DNA from: Geopsychrobacteraceae bacterium
GTDB lineage: Bacteria; Desulfobacterota; Desulfuromonadia; Desulfuromonadales; Geopsychrobacteraceae
Length of the DNA: 64,000 bases
Assembly (NCBI GenBank): GCA_963676795.2
Contig: CAXXTB010000002.1
Location: 1,568,001-1,632,000, forward strand
Direction of reading: 5' to 3'
Below are positions 20,631 to 30,761 of this stretch, in pieces; within the stretch, counting starts at the first letter, position 1, and the number at the start of each line of letters is the position of its first letter. The notes under the pieces were generated by a model. It worked only from the letters and a program-made list of their open reading frames with translations. It made no database searches and was not told the origin of the DNA. The position numbers and the translations under genes were made by a program.

Positions 20631-22151
20631 TTAGGTGAGATTTGCCGCCAGGGAGAGATCGATCAGACAGGCATCGCTGTGTAGTTGCTGAATCTCCTGG
20701 GCAATCTGAGTTTTTTCAAGTTTGTCGCTGGTGTTGAGCGACTGCAGTGCTTTACAGCGCAGTTGAATGATTTCAATCGCCAGTTGCGGATGCCAGACAC
20801 CAAGCTTTTTACCCTGCGCCTGGGAGTGCAGCTGTCTGAGAACAGATTCAGCCATCTGGGGCTTACCGGCAACCAGGCAGAGGCGCGCTTCGCATAACTG
20901 TTTCTGCAGACGCTCCAATTCAGACTGGCAATTCACCTGGCGCAAATGCGCGATGGCCTTGGCTAATTGCTTCTCACCAGCCAGCGTGGTAGCGGCGTCC
21001 ATCGCCTCTTCGAGAGAAGCAGTAAAATCATATTCAGACGGGGATTCAGAGCCTGCTGGTGCTGATTGCTGGACCAGGGTTTCAATCCACATCAGGGTTT
21101 CCCCATCACAGAATGGACTCGCATCGGCAAAATAAAGCTGAAGGATTTCCGGTACCGCACTGCTCCATTGGCAAACCTGGGCTTCGATCAGGCGCTGAAG
21201 CTGTTCAAGCTTTCCTGTTTTGGCCTGTTGCCAGAGGATGTACTGGAGCTTCATGGCATAGCGGTAACCGGTTTCCATGAAGAGCTTTTCGCAAAAACGG
21301 ATTGTTTCAAGCTTGTTCCCAGCTGAGGTCAGGTTGTTCAGTTCGGCCCAGCCACTTGCTCTCGGTGCCGGGACTTTCGTGTGCCCTTGTTCGTTCGGAG
21401 GAACGCTGTTGGTGCTCCAGAACAGAGCTCTCGAGAGGGCGATTGCCCGATAGTCATCGCCTTTTTCACTGAGATATTTATGCAGCTTGCGCGCTTCGTT
21501 TTCGAACTCCCGCTCAGAGCCTGGTGCTGCAGAGTTTTCTCCACTGACCGGAGCATGGGCTGTCGTTGGCACGGCTGTTGCCTGAGACCTGTTTTCTTCA
21601 TGTGCCGGCTTAGGGGTAGCCTCTTTCGTTTTTTTGCCAAACCACTGTGCCAGCCCAGACAAGCGCGGAACATCGCCACCTAATTTCTCGACCAGGAATG
21701 CATTGATACGGACAATTTCCTGGCTGATGGCTTCGGTCAATTCGTGGTCCTCGACAGCATGCGAGTTTTCTGCAAAGGCAGTCAGGCGCGGATTGTTCAG
21801 CAACATCAGTGCCGCTTGACGTTGATTTTCCTTTTGTGGATGGCACTGATCCCAGAATTCTTCGCTCAAAATTCGGTAACAGCAGAGTCCATGATAGAGT
21901 CCAGGCCAGCCATCGACGAAGGTTGAAGCAAGCAGGAGAAAAGCGGCGATACGCAGGTCTTTTGTCGTTGAGCAGAGCAGTTCGCGCGAATCGTTGATGA
22001 CCCTTTCGTAATCTGTGCCGCTGAGTTTTTCGATCTCTTCCTTGATGAGAAGAAAGCTATCGAGATAGCGAGGATCTTCTCCACAGGGATTTTCTGTTGT
22101 TACGGGTGTTGAAACAGCCGTAAGCCATTCCGGGAGTCTGGTTTGCTTCAT
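20631..22151 (-). CDS. tssA: T6SS TssA (ImpA_N plus VasJ-like region)
   Basis: PCGEDPRY..F..IKEEI.K, TKDLRI and L.FADASPF motifs. Confidence 0.9.
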   Translation of the reverse strand: MKQTRLPEWLTAVSTPVTTENPCGEDPRYLDSFLLIKEEIEKLSGTDYERVINDSRELLCSTTKDLRIAAFLLLASTFVDGWPGLYHGLCCYRILSEEFWDQCHPQKENQRQAALMLLNNPRLTAFAENSHAVEDHELTEAISQEIVRINAFLVEKLGGDVPRLSGLAQWFGKKTKEATPKPAHEENRSQATAVPTTAHAPVSGENSAAPGSEREFENEARKLHKYLSEKGDDYRAIALSRALFWSTNSVPPNEQGHTKVPAPRASGWAELNNLTSAGNKLETIRFCEKLFMETGYRYAMKLQYILWQQAKTGKLEQLQRLIEAQVCQWSSAVPEILQLYFADASPFCDGETLMWIETLVQQSAPAGSESPSEYDFTASLEEAMDAATTLAGEKQLAKAIAHLRQVNCQSELERLQKQLCEARLCLVAGKPQMAESVLRQLHSQAQGKKLGVWHPQLAIEIIQLRCKALQSLNTSDKLEKTQIAQEIQQLHSDACLIDLSLAANLT

Positions 22152-23167
22152 AGGACTATCTCTCGGCGGCCAAGACGATAGAGCAGGTCAAGCAGCGAGG
22201 TGTCCGCTTCCATAAGCAGGCGTTTCCGATCGATTCTGCTGACAAAGTTCGGAATCTCATACGTTTCGTCAAGGACGTCATATATGACATTGTCCTTGCA
22301 TTTGTGGTTTATCAGAGGCAGCAGGTGCGAGGGTGGCAACTCGCGGAAAAACAGGGTCAGACTGCTGGTGTACTCTGCAGATGACTTATTCCAGAAATAG
22401 TGTGCCCGCCAGAAGCGGTCTTCAAGGATGGCTTCGATCATCTGCACCCAAAAAACGACGAAGGGAGTTGGATCCTCGCAGTTGGGCAAAGGGATACGGA
22501 TTCCCCAGACGCATTTCGATGGCCCTCTTTTGATGACGGTTTTAAGGAAATCAAAGAAGGTAAACAGAAAACGTTCCTTCAGCTCATCTGTCATGGGCGC
22601 AGCCAGTCTGTCCCAGTACAGCGCTGACGGGATATCTCTCAGCAGCCTGATCTGCTCACTCAGAATTGTCCTGGTTTCCTGCATGTCATCCTGATAGGCC
22701 AGCAGCTCCAGTCTGTTGGCTAGCTCCTGCGAGGTGCGATGGTCAGCGAGAGTCTCCAGGATCCCTTCGGTGAGGAGAAAGCGTTTGGCATAGGTCACGG
22801 CGACAGCCGCCCTGTGACTCGCAAATACCTGGTTGTTGTTGAGGTACATGAGCGCAAACGGGTAGACCCGTCCGCTCTTGTCCTGACTGCCAACCAGGGA
22901 GCCGAACAGGTTGTGCTCCTGATCCGAACCTGTCCTGACGAAATGATGACAGGGGAAGGTGCGAAAGAAATCTGGGGTGTTTTTCGGGTATCTGCGGGCG
23001 ATACAGCCAACACCTTCCTGCAACCAGTGTTCAAAAGCGACGACCTCGCGCTGTCTGACGTTATGACGGAAAAATTCGTTGTAGTGCGGAATTTTGCCGA
23101 AACCACTTGGATGAACAATTTTTGCCGAATCGTACTGATTCGTCTGACGCTCGAAAAACTTGAACAT
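22148..23167 (-). CDS. tagF: T6SS-associated TagF
   Basis: GFGKIP...EF and S.DKSGR.YPF signature motifs. Confidence 0.88.
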   Translation of the reverse strand: MFKFFERQTNQYDSAKIVHPSGFGKIPHYNEFFRHNVRQREVVAFEHWLQEGVGCIARRYPKNTPDFFRTFPCHHFVRTGSDQEHNLFGSLVGSQDKSGRVYPFALMYLNNNQVFASHRAAVAVTYAKRFLLTEGILETLADHRTSQELANRLELLAYQDDMQETRTILSEQIRLLRDIPSALYWDRLAAPMTDELKERFLFTFFDFLKTVIKRGPSKCVWGIRIPLPNCEDPTPFVVFWVQMIEAILEDRFWRAHYFWNKSSAEYTSSLTLFFRELPPSHLLPLINHKCKDNVIYDVLDETYEIPNFVSRIDRKRLLMEADTSLLDLLYRLGRREIVL

Positions 23168-23175
23168 AAGCAGTC

Positions 23176-26100
23176 CTAAAAAATTTTCTCAGGCAGGCTG
23201 AAGGTGCTGAACAGATTCCTGGAAAATGCATTCGTGTGTCTGTCCGGACGCAATTTAAAGCGGATGACCGCGTCCTGATGGTATTCGGTCGGAAGGGTCC
23301 AGGTGACCAGATACTGGCCGTTTTCCGGTGTCATCTGGGCTTCTTCGAGAAGATGGAAGAGGCTCCATTCTCCGGAAAAATCAAGCTTGGTCTGTGCCTG
23401 ATCGCCGATAGGAATACAGCTGATAGAGGCAGAGGTTTCACTGATATCACCTGGCCAGCTGAACGATTTCCATTCCTGGGGTTCATTCTGATAGATCATT
23501 TTCTGACCATTGCTGTTGAAGCTCACAACTCTCAGTCCGCTGCTTGGTATCGGATAAATCGCGTAATGAACATCAGGCTGGCCACGTCTAAGAAGTCCTT
23601 CGCTGATTTCCGCAGCCCTCGGCAGAGCGTTAAGAAAGGACGCAGAGATATTCACGCCTTGATCCAGCCAGGTTTTATTCGTCCAGCCGGTTCTGCGCTT
23701 ACGCAAGAAAGGTTTGAGCTGGGTGTTGGTATATGACCAGATCAGACCGTCGTCATCGCGGAAAAAGTCCGTAATGTCGGCCAGCGAGGCGTCGCTACCG
23801 CCTTTCTTGAAGGGATATTTTCCGGCGATCTTCTTTTTGTAGTTTGCATAGACCGCTGTTTTCCACTGATTCTGGAGAAAGCTACGGGCCTCAGCGAGAG
23901 TCGTGCCCCAGGCGAGGCTGAGAGGTTGCGAGAATAGATTTTCTGCGGCCTTGCGGGTGCGCGCTCCGATACCGTTGGTAATGCTTTTGGTTGTCAACCA
24001 GCTCTTGTAAAGCTCGGACTGCGATGCGCCGTCGCCGCTTAAGATCATCGCCGTATAATCATAAGATTCCTGGGACAGATCGACCGCCGCTGCAAGCTGA
24101 TCAAATTCGCTCTGCGCCGAACCGAGCGCCAGCAGGTATTGGTTCACCAGCAGTCTGGTTGACATTTTGTCTCCTGGGATAGCAAACTTCCGCAGGTCGT
24201 GGAGCGCTGTTTCAAGCTCGGCGATCCGCTTTCTTTCACTGTTGCCCTGCAAAGCAGAGATTTGTTCTGGTGCTGTTCCCGTTGCCGACAGAGGCGATTC
24301 GTTCCTGTATTCGTAAAGCTCAATGTTCTCGGCAATAACCTGGAACAGCTCGGCGATCGGACCGTCTAAACCAGCCAGAACCAGCAGTTTGTCACTGCTG
24401 TCCTTGATATCCTGAAAAGGCTTGAATCTGATATTTTCAACGACCTTCAGCCAGGTGTCCGCATAGTCCTTGAAGTACAGTTCGCGCACCTCGGCCGAAA
24501 TTTTGCTGACCAGTTTCGCGTCTACCTGCTCATCAGCAGTGCTTTTCTGTTGCTGATAACCGGTGACCCAATCACCAAGGCAGGCCGTTTTAATGGTTTT
24601 CTCAAGCTGCGCAGTGACGTAGTCGTACCAACCTGTCGCGGTATAGATATAAGGGATGTGATACTGAGATGTGATCAGCCCTTTGTCTGGACCTTTCAGC
24701 AAATCGACAAGAGCGAGGTCCTTATGCGCTTCGGCACCGATATTTCGCAGTTGGGCATAGATCCGTTCGGCGTCCGGTTCGTTAACGAGGTTTTTCTGTG
24801 CTTTCGTGATCAGTTGTTCGTCCGCACTGAAAAGTAGGTCAGTGTGTGAGTTCTTAACCTGCTCAAGGTAGAGCTTGAGTAGCTTGGAGACGTTCTCTTG
24901 CTCCTGACTGCTCAAGGACTCAGTCAGACCGAAGGAATGACATCGCTGGCTGAACAAGGTCTGAAAAGTCATATCCACATACTTGCCGTCAAGATATTCT
25001 GGTTTCGCCAGCATCAGGTAGGTTTTCAGCAGACGATAATAGTCATCCCGCATCCGGTCCTGGTCTTTGACGTGAGAGGCTGCCCAGGCGTGCGTCTTGT
25101 CCGACAATGACTTTTCCAGGTCAAGATAGAGCGGTTTAAAGATCAGTTGCTCAAAGGCATCGAGTAAAACTGATTTTATATATGGCAGCTGCTTGTTCCC
25201 TTCATAAACGCCAATGACCAATTGGAGGGGACGCTTGTCCTGGTAGCTGATCAGTTTGTCGTAATGAGTCAAGGCCGCTGCAAATGCCGCAATTCTTGTT
25301 CGTGGATTCTGTTCATTGCTTTTGACCAGTGCAGACAGTTCCTGCACGGCATTTGTCCCGTTTTTGAGCAGCAAGGAATTCATGGTCAGGCTGGTGCTCA
25401 AAACCAGGAAACTAACAATGACAGTGGCCGCACAGCAGAGAATGCAGGCCGTTTTAAGGGTTCGATTTATGAATCCAGCTTTTTTCGAACGGCTGACGTC
25501 CTGTGAATTCGGGAAAACAACCTGTTTAAAGACGTTTTTTACGAAGAAGCTGACTGGTTCCGGCAAGGCTGTTGGCAGGTCCTCATCCACGTAACCGAAT
25601 GCCTGACGCATTTTCCCGACAATTTTTTGAATCGGGGTTCCTTCCTGGGTTGCACTGGTCAGATAGATACCGCAGAAGTTTGGTGTATCCTGATAGGGGT
25701 TTTCCTTGGTCAGTCGGGCAATAAAATCAACGAGAATTTCCTTACCCGCTTCAAACTGGTTCGGGAAACCGAAAAGCTCGCTTTTCAGTTCTTTTTTTCT
25801 GACCATCGATATCTTGTTGATCCGCAATTCGCAAAGTCGCAGGTAAAGCTTGTCGATCCCCAGGGCAAAGCCGTTGCTGATATCGGGCGTGTTGTGATGG
25901 CCGAGCCAGACCCCCCAGACCTGTTCTCTTTCCTGCTCGTCCAGATCGGCGAAAAATGAGGAGAAGCCGTAGAGCAGGTCACATTTGGTAAACACGATAT
26001 AGATTGGGAAGACGCAGGCCAGTTCGGTGGTTAGCTCATCGATCCGATCGCGGATGATTTTTACATGTCGTTCAATTTCCTTGGAATCTGCGGTCAGCAG

Positions 26101-26766
26101 CTCAGAGATACTGATTGCAACAATCGCCCCGTTGAGTGGCTGACGGCGTCGATGCTTGCGCAACAAAGCGAGGAATTCGAGCCACTCGTGGTGATCATCC
26201 TGCTCGGTTGTATAACGTCCCGCCGTGTCGAGCAGGACCGCGTCATTGGAAAACCACCAGTCGCAATTGCGGGTCCCGCCAAAACCGCGAATGTCGATAT
26301 CGCTGTCATGTGCATAGGGAAAATTCAGGCCTGAATTCCTCAGCAATGTCGTTTTACCGGCAGCGGAAGGGCCGATAATCATGAACCAAGGGAGGGCATA
26401 AAGGGCTGCATTCCCCCGGTTCTGGACGCCAAGTTCGGAGCTTTTCAGCGACGTGATGGCATCGTTCATTTTGGTTTTCAATTCGGCAATTTCAGCTTGG
26501 CGAGAATGATCCTGCGTCGTCGAATGGCTATCAAGATCCTGGCGAAATTTCTTTGATCTCCTTTTCACCAGGAGAATCTTCGCCAACCAGATCAGGGCGG
26601 ACACGACCAGTACGCCGAAAATGGTGTAGATCCGCACATGGCTTCCGGTTAAGCCGAGGTAGGGACCTGCCCACCAGATCAGTGAAAGGATCAACATCAG
26701 ACCAATCAGTCGCGATCCGATCCGCCCCAAAAGATATGCCTGCACAAAAATAATAATATTCTGCAT
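23176..26766 (-). CDS. tssM: T6SS membrane complex TssM/IcmF
   Basis: TM helices plus LYALPW..IGPSAAGKTT, GGTRNCDWWF and DTAGRY motifs. Confidence 0.97.
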   Translation of the reverse strand: MQNIIIFVQAYLLGRIGSRLIGLMLILSLIWWAGPYLGLTGSHVRIYTIFGVLVVSALIWLAKILLVKRRSKKFRQDLDSHSTTQDHSRQAEIAELKTKMNDAITSLKSSELGVQNRGNAALYALPWFMIIGPSAAGKTTLLRNSGLNFPYAHDSDIDIRGFGGTRNCDWWFSNDAVLLDTAGRYTTEQDDHHEWLEFLALLRKHRRRQPLNGAIVAISISELLTADSKEIERHVKIIRDRIDELTTELACVFPIYIVFTKCDLLYGFSSFFADLDEQEREQVWGVWLGHHNTPDISNGFALGIDKLYLRLCELRINKISMVRKKELKSELFGFPNQFEAGKEILVDFIARLTKENPYQDTPNFCGIYLTSATQEGTPIQKIVGKMRQAFGYVDEDLPTALPEPVSFFVKNVFKQVVFPNSQDVSRSKKAGFINRTLKTACILCCAATVIVSFLVLSTSLTMNSLLLKNGTNAVQELSALVKSNEQNPRTRIAAFAAALTHYDKLISYQDKRPLQLVIGVYEGNKQLPYIKSVLLDAFEQLIFKPLYLDLEKSLSDKTHAWAASHVKDQDRMRDDYYRLLKTYLMLAKPEYLDGKYVDMTFQTLFSQRCHSFGLTESLSSQEQENVSKLLKLYLEQVKNSHTDLLFSADEQLITKAQKNLVNEPDAERIYAQLRNIGAEAHKDLALVDLLKGPDKGLITSQYHIPYIYTATGWYDYVTAQLEKTIKTACLGDWVTGYQQQKSTADEQVDAKLVSKISAEVRELYFKDYADTWLKVVENIRFKPFQDIKDSSDKLLVLAGLDGPIAELFQVIAENIELYEYRNESPLSATGTAPEQISALQGNSERKRIAELETALHDLRKFAIPGDKMSTRLLVNQYLLALGSAQSEFDQLAAAVDLSQESYDYTAMILSGDGASQSELYKSWLTTKSITNGIGARTRKAAENLFSQPLSLAWGTTLAEARSFLQNQWKTAVYANYKKKIAGKYPFKKGGSDASLADITDFFRDDDGLIWSYTNTQLKPFLRKRRTGWTNKTWLDQGVNISASFLNALPRAAEISEGLLRRGQPDVHYAIYPIPSSGLRVVSFNSNGQKMIYQNEPQEWKSFSWPGDISETSASISCIPIGDQAQTKLDFSGEWSLFHLLEEAQMTPENGQYLVTWTLPTEYHQDAVIRFKLRPDRHTNAFSRNLFSTFSLPEKIF

Positions 26767-26804
26767 AACTGAAAAACCTGCGTTTCTATAAGGTTATGTG
26801 TTGT

Positions 26805-27530
26805 TTAGTATTTTGGCGCGTTGCCCTTGAGGATCAAGCTTTGTTCCAACTGGATGGCAGAGAAATTAGCCTCTGCCAGATTGTTCGCCGTCGCGGAATA
26901 GCCAAGATATGTGAAAAACACTGCTGCAATGGTGACAACAATGATGACCCAGTACGGAACCTGGCGTCTGACCTTGTTGATCAACGCATGACCAGGCAGG
27001 CCCGGCGGGGCGAGTACCGATTCAACCGGTCCCCGGTAGGAATCGATTTGCGCGCGCAAATCGACCTGCAACGCCATCAGATGTTCGAGCCCCTTGATTT
27101 TGTAGATGCCTTCGAAGCCCATTTGCATGCAGTAGTAGTAGAGCTCAAGGAGATCGACATTATCTTCAGCACCCTGGCGCAGGGTCGCAAGACGCGTGAA
27201 GAAGCCTTCACCCGCGGTGTGCTCACCAAAAAAGTCAAGCTGCAGTGGCCGGGTCATCCACTGATCACGCCCTGACCATGACGAGTTCAGAACCAACTCG
27301 TCAATGAATGCGGTTAACGCGTACTTCGCATCCTTGAATTCGATCATGGGAATCTGCATATCGATGGCTTTCTTCTCCATGATCGTAAATTCATTGATCA
27401 GCGTTTCGCGGAAGTCTGCATCGATCCGTTGTGCTCTGATCTCATCTTTGAGGGCGGAGAGCTGATTGAAGAGACCTTCACTGCAGTTCAGCAAGGGATT
27501 GATATAGCTTCTTTTGTTTATCTTGGCCAT
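26805..27530 (-). CDS. tssL: T6SS TssL/DotU (no OmpA domain)
   Basis: AKYAL.AFIDE, PLQ..FFGE..AGE.FF and GFEG.Y motifs, with a C-terminal TM. Confidence 0.95.
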   Translation of the reverse strand: MAKINKRSYINPLLNCSEGLFNQLSALKDEIRAQRIDADFRETLINEFTIMEKKAIDMQIPMIEFKDAKYALTAFIDELVLNSSWSGRDQWMTRPLQLDFFGEHTAGEGFFTRLATLRQGAEDNVDLLELYYYCMQMGFEGIYKIKGLEHLMALQVDLRAQIDSYRGPVESVLAPPGLPGHALINKVRRQVPYWVIIVVTIAAVFFTYLGYSATANNLAEANFSAIQLEQSLILKGNAPKY

Positions 27531-27533
27531 TGG

Positions 27534-28862
27534 CTATTCCTCAACTGTGACCAGCTTGATTTCAGCTGCACTGAAGGCTGACGGTCGGTAGATTGCGATC
27601 GATTTTTCCTCGATGATCCCGTTCCAGAAATCACCCCGGGGTTCCAGGCGGAAATATTCGCAACCACTGCGTGTTGAGAGCTTTGCCGGGGGTCTTTGCG
27701 TGTGAATGAGCCGGACACCGGGCAGAGCCGAGGCCACGACCAGGGCGATTTTACTGTATGCCGTGACCTTGACCTGACGGGCAAAATCGGTAATCCAGTC
27801 GGGGCCGTCGCTATCGTGGAGGATCTCAAGGAACAGAGTGTCTTTACGCAGACGCTCAACGGCAACTTCTGTACAGAAGAGGATATTGGTATCGTCGAGG
27901 CGAAGTTCGATCGTTGGCGTTTTTACCGTTGTTTTGAGCTCAAGAAGCAGAGCCAGCATTTTTTCCAAACGAGAAAATACGTCCGTGAGTTCCTCGTGAT
28001 TATATGCCGGGATATCGTCTATGGTTGCCTGGTCTTGAAAGGTACAAAAGGCTCCTGCAACCTGGCAGAGTTCGCGATAAAGCAACTCGGGATGGAGGTC
28101 GGTAGAATTTCTCAAATGCCTGAGTTGCGGGATCAGAGTATTGAGGTTTCTCAACAGGGCGTGATAACCGGGATCTTGCTTGGCAAATTCTGCAACTCCG
28201 CCATCACAATCCGAACGGGCTGCCTCGATCTGTTTGCGTTTGATATTCAGTGTTTCAATGACGCGGTCAAGCTGACGTAGCAATGTCGCAGACGCAGCCA
28301 GCCTGCACACAGGCGGAACATAGTGCGGAACCAACTGGTAATGATTGTCCCCCGTATTGACGACCTCGGCAACTTTTATGTAGTTGAACGAGGCCAGGGC
28401 AGCCTTGTCGGTCAATAACATCAGATTCGGTTTTGCCTGCAGGACTTCAACTGTTCTTCTGGAGTCGTAGAGATCTTCGATTTCGTTGTAATCAGCAATC
28501 CAGCCACTGAGCTGACCGCGTTGCTGATAGCCCGAAATGCCGGCAACATTGTTGTTGGCCGGAACAGCCAGAAAGACTGACAGGACTTCACCGCCTGGTG
28601 AGTCCAGGTCACATGTCAACTGATCTTCATCGGAAGAACGAAAGTTGACATAACGACCATCCTGAAAGATCAGGCTGACCTGAGTCAGTTGAAAGCGACC
28701 GTAAGCCAACGACTGATGATCGACAGAAATCGATATAATTCCCCAACTATATGGATTTACGAGCTTTTGTCGTAAAGTGAGGGAATTTTCCAGATGCTGG
28801 TCCCAAGACTGCAGATGTTGTTGCCCAAGGAAAGTTCCTTCGGCCCAAACAACTCTATTCAT
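27534..28862 (-). CDS. tssK: T6SS baseplate TssK
   Basis: VVWAEG.FL.QQH.Q, YVPP, HPE.LY and ALPGV.L motifs. Confidence 0.95.
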   Translation of the reverse strand: MNRVVWAEGTFLGQQHLQSWDQHLENSLTLRQKLVNPYSWGIISISVDHQSLAYGRFQLTQVSLIFQDGRYVNFRSSDEDQLTCDLDSPGGEVLSVFLAVPANNNVAGISGYQQRGQLSGWIADYNEIEDLYDSRRTVEVLQAKPNLMLLTDKAALASFNYIKVAEVVNTGDNHYQLVPHYVPPVCRLAASATLLRQLDRVIETLNIKRKQIEAARSDCDGGVAEFAKQDPGYHALLRNLNTLIPQLRHLRNSTDLHPELLYRELCQVAGAFCTFQDQATIDDIPAYNHEELTDVFSRLEKMLALLLELKTTVKTPTIELRLDDTNILFCTEVAVERLRKDTLFLEILHDSDGPDWITDFARQVKVTAYSKIALVVASALPGVRLIHTQRPPAKLSTRSGCEYFRLEPRGDFWNGIIEEKSIAIYRPSAFSAAEIKLVTVEE

Positions 28863-28935
28863 TTTTCAACAATTCCATTTAGGTTCAGGACGCAAGGTCC
28901 ATAGTTGTTTTCATTTATAGGGGTGTTGCCGGGTC

Positions 28936-29406
28936 TTACTCTTTGATTTCTACGCTGTTATCTTTCAGCAGGACTTTGATTTTTGAAGAAAGATCGATCC
29001 CTAGAAAGGATTTATCGATTTTTTTAGTAAGCTTCCAGGTGTTGTCTTTCTGGTCATGAAAGGCAGCCATGATACCGAGAAATTTTGCCTCATCATTTTT
29101 TTCAAAAGTAACTTTATGGCGGGATGCTGGGTCGAGAGTAAACATCTGCTTCTCCAGTAGACCGTCACTCAGGATAACCATATCGTTCTTCCAAAGATCT
29201 TCAAAAGTCGCCTTGTCAAAAGATTTCTTATCTGAAAGCTGATATAGTTTTATGACTACAGGTAAGGGTTGATTATTGCTGTCAATATTTAAAGAAGCAG
29301 TTGATGTCATATCAATCTTAACCTGAGGTGCTGAACAAGCGCTCATAGTTAAGATTACTAAAATAGCAGACAAATAAACTGTAATACTTTTGACAATAAC
29401 TTCCAT
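28936..29406 (-). CDS. tssJ: T6SS lipoprotein TssJ
   Basis: Lipobox MSA-C and LN......PLPVVIKLYQL.....F motif. Confidence 0.92.
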   Translation of the reverse strand: MEVIVKSITVYLSAILVILTMSACSAPQVKIDMTSTASLNIDSNNQPLPVVIKLYQLSDKKSFDKATFEDLWKNDMVILSDGLLEKQMFTLDPASRHKVTFEKNDEAKFLGIMAAFHDQKDNTWKLTKKIDKSFLGIDLSSKIKVLLKDNSVEIKE

Positions 29407-29451
29407 TAAATCACCTCTGTAGATCAATTGTTTGACAAGAAAACTACTATA

Positions 29452-29970
29452 TTAACTGTTCACTGATTTATTTCTGACATAACCATGACACAGCCCTGAA
29501 ACGACAACTTCATGGTGACGTAAATAAGGATTGGTCATCAGTGCTTTGTGCTTTTTCTTAAACGGAAACCAGCTGAATGGGCGCCAAAAAAATATCCTGT
29601 AACTTTTTTTACGCAGATTTTGTGGATCTATCTGGCGCAAGGCTTCACAGGCGATTTCGTCCAGCGCTTTATAAAGCGTCAGATGGTGTTCAAGAATGTC
29701 AGTGACGATCAATGTCAGCTGTTCTGTGCCATGCTCGCCATTTTTAAGCAGGCGCCTCAGTACCAACTCACTACTGCCTTGCTTAAGAAGCTCGCCCCCG
29801 TGACTAAACACATAGTCATGGGGGAGGCCAAACTCTTTTGAAAAGCGTTTCTGTGCTTCAATGAGCTTAACCAGGCCGTTGAAAATAACCTTTGGCGAAC
29901 TCTCCCTGATACCAGATATGGTTTTCGACTGTTTTTCGATTGAATCTGATAAAGCATTGTTCAGCGACAT
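29452..29970 (-). CDS. T6SS-associated protein resembling only the C-terminal region of Fha/TagH
   Basis: First gene of the cluster. The DILEHHL.LY.AL......L..IDP..L...W pattern recalls the Fha C-terminus. No FHA domain is visible. Confidence 0.45.
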   Translation of the reverse strand: MSLNNALSDSIEKQSKTISGIRESSPKVIFNGLVKLIEAQKRFSKEFGLPHDYVFSHGGELLKQGSSELVLRRLLKNGEHGTEQLTLIVTDILEHHLTLYKALDEIACEALRQIDPQNLRKKSYRIFFWRPFSWFPFKKKHKALMTNPYLRHHEVVVSGLCHGYVRNKSVNS

Positions 29971-30761
29971 TTCCCCTCCGAAGCGCCGTATATAGTACTT
30001 TGCTAAAAATTTAACGAATCAACCCAGACAATATTCTGGACTAATTTAAAGCTCATGAAAGAGCTGGAAGTACAAGATATCTGAGAGCGAACCATTCTTA
30101 CTCATTAAAATTTAGCCCTATCGATGATGCGTGTGTATCATATGGTAAGAGGCCCATAAAGAGTCAAGAACAAATATATGTGTCGTCGCTAATGATTTAA
30201 CATTAAAAATTTGAGAATCTATAAACCAGATGTGGTAATTGCGCTTGTGCTGATATATGTCTTCTTAATGCGGAAGAACAATATGACGTACTCTCGATGA
30301 ACGGCGGCGGCGGAAATGCGATGATGCATAAAATGCCGAAAAGTTAGTATGTTTGCAGATAGAAACAACAGGACCAGGATTTCTTGATAATGCAGTTAAC
30401 GGATGACTTCAGTCCACAGCCCATGTGACATGCAGTAGAGTCGTTCAGCGTCGTAGGGGAGACGCTCTTGTACATGAAGTTGCGCTCCTTATTTCCAAAC
30501 AACTATGGCTAAAGTTCTGTAAATCACCGTTATTGCATTCATTTATCCTCTTTGATTTATTTTAATCAGTACACTGATAAGCCCTGATATGTATTTTCGG
30601 CTCGGCTGTAAATTCAATTCAAAGCAAATACCATATTAAGTAGGTCACAAAGGAATTATGATAACCCTTTTCTCTCACTAGACCCATGTAAGTAATCGAA
30701 AACACTGGTATGTGAATCTGGAAAAAAATATTTGGGACCCTTTATCTTTGAACCAGCCTGC

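Noticed and set aside
29971..30700. c-di-GMP/cGAMP (GEMM) riboswitch upstream of the T6SS
   Set aside because: Only an isolated TGCCGAA was seen, without the GNRA-capped P2 stem or GCAAAGCC-type core.
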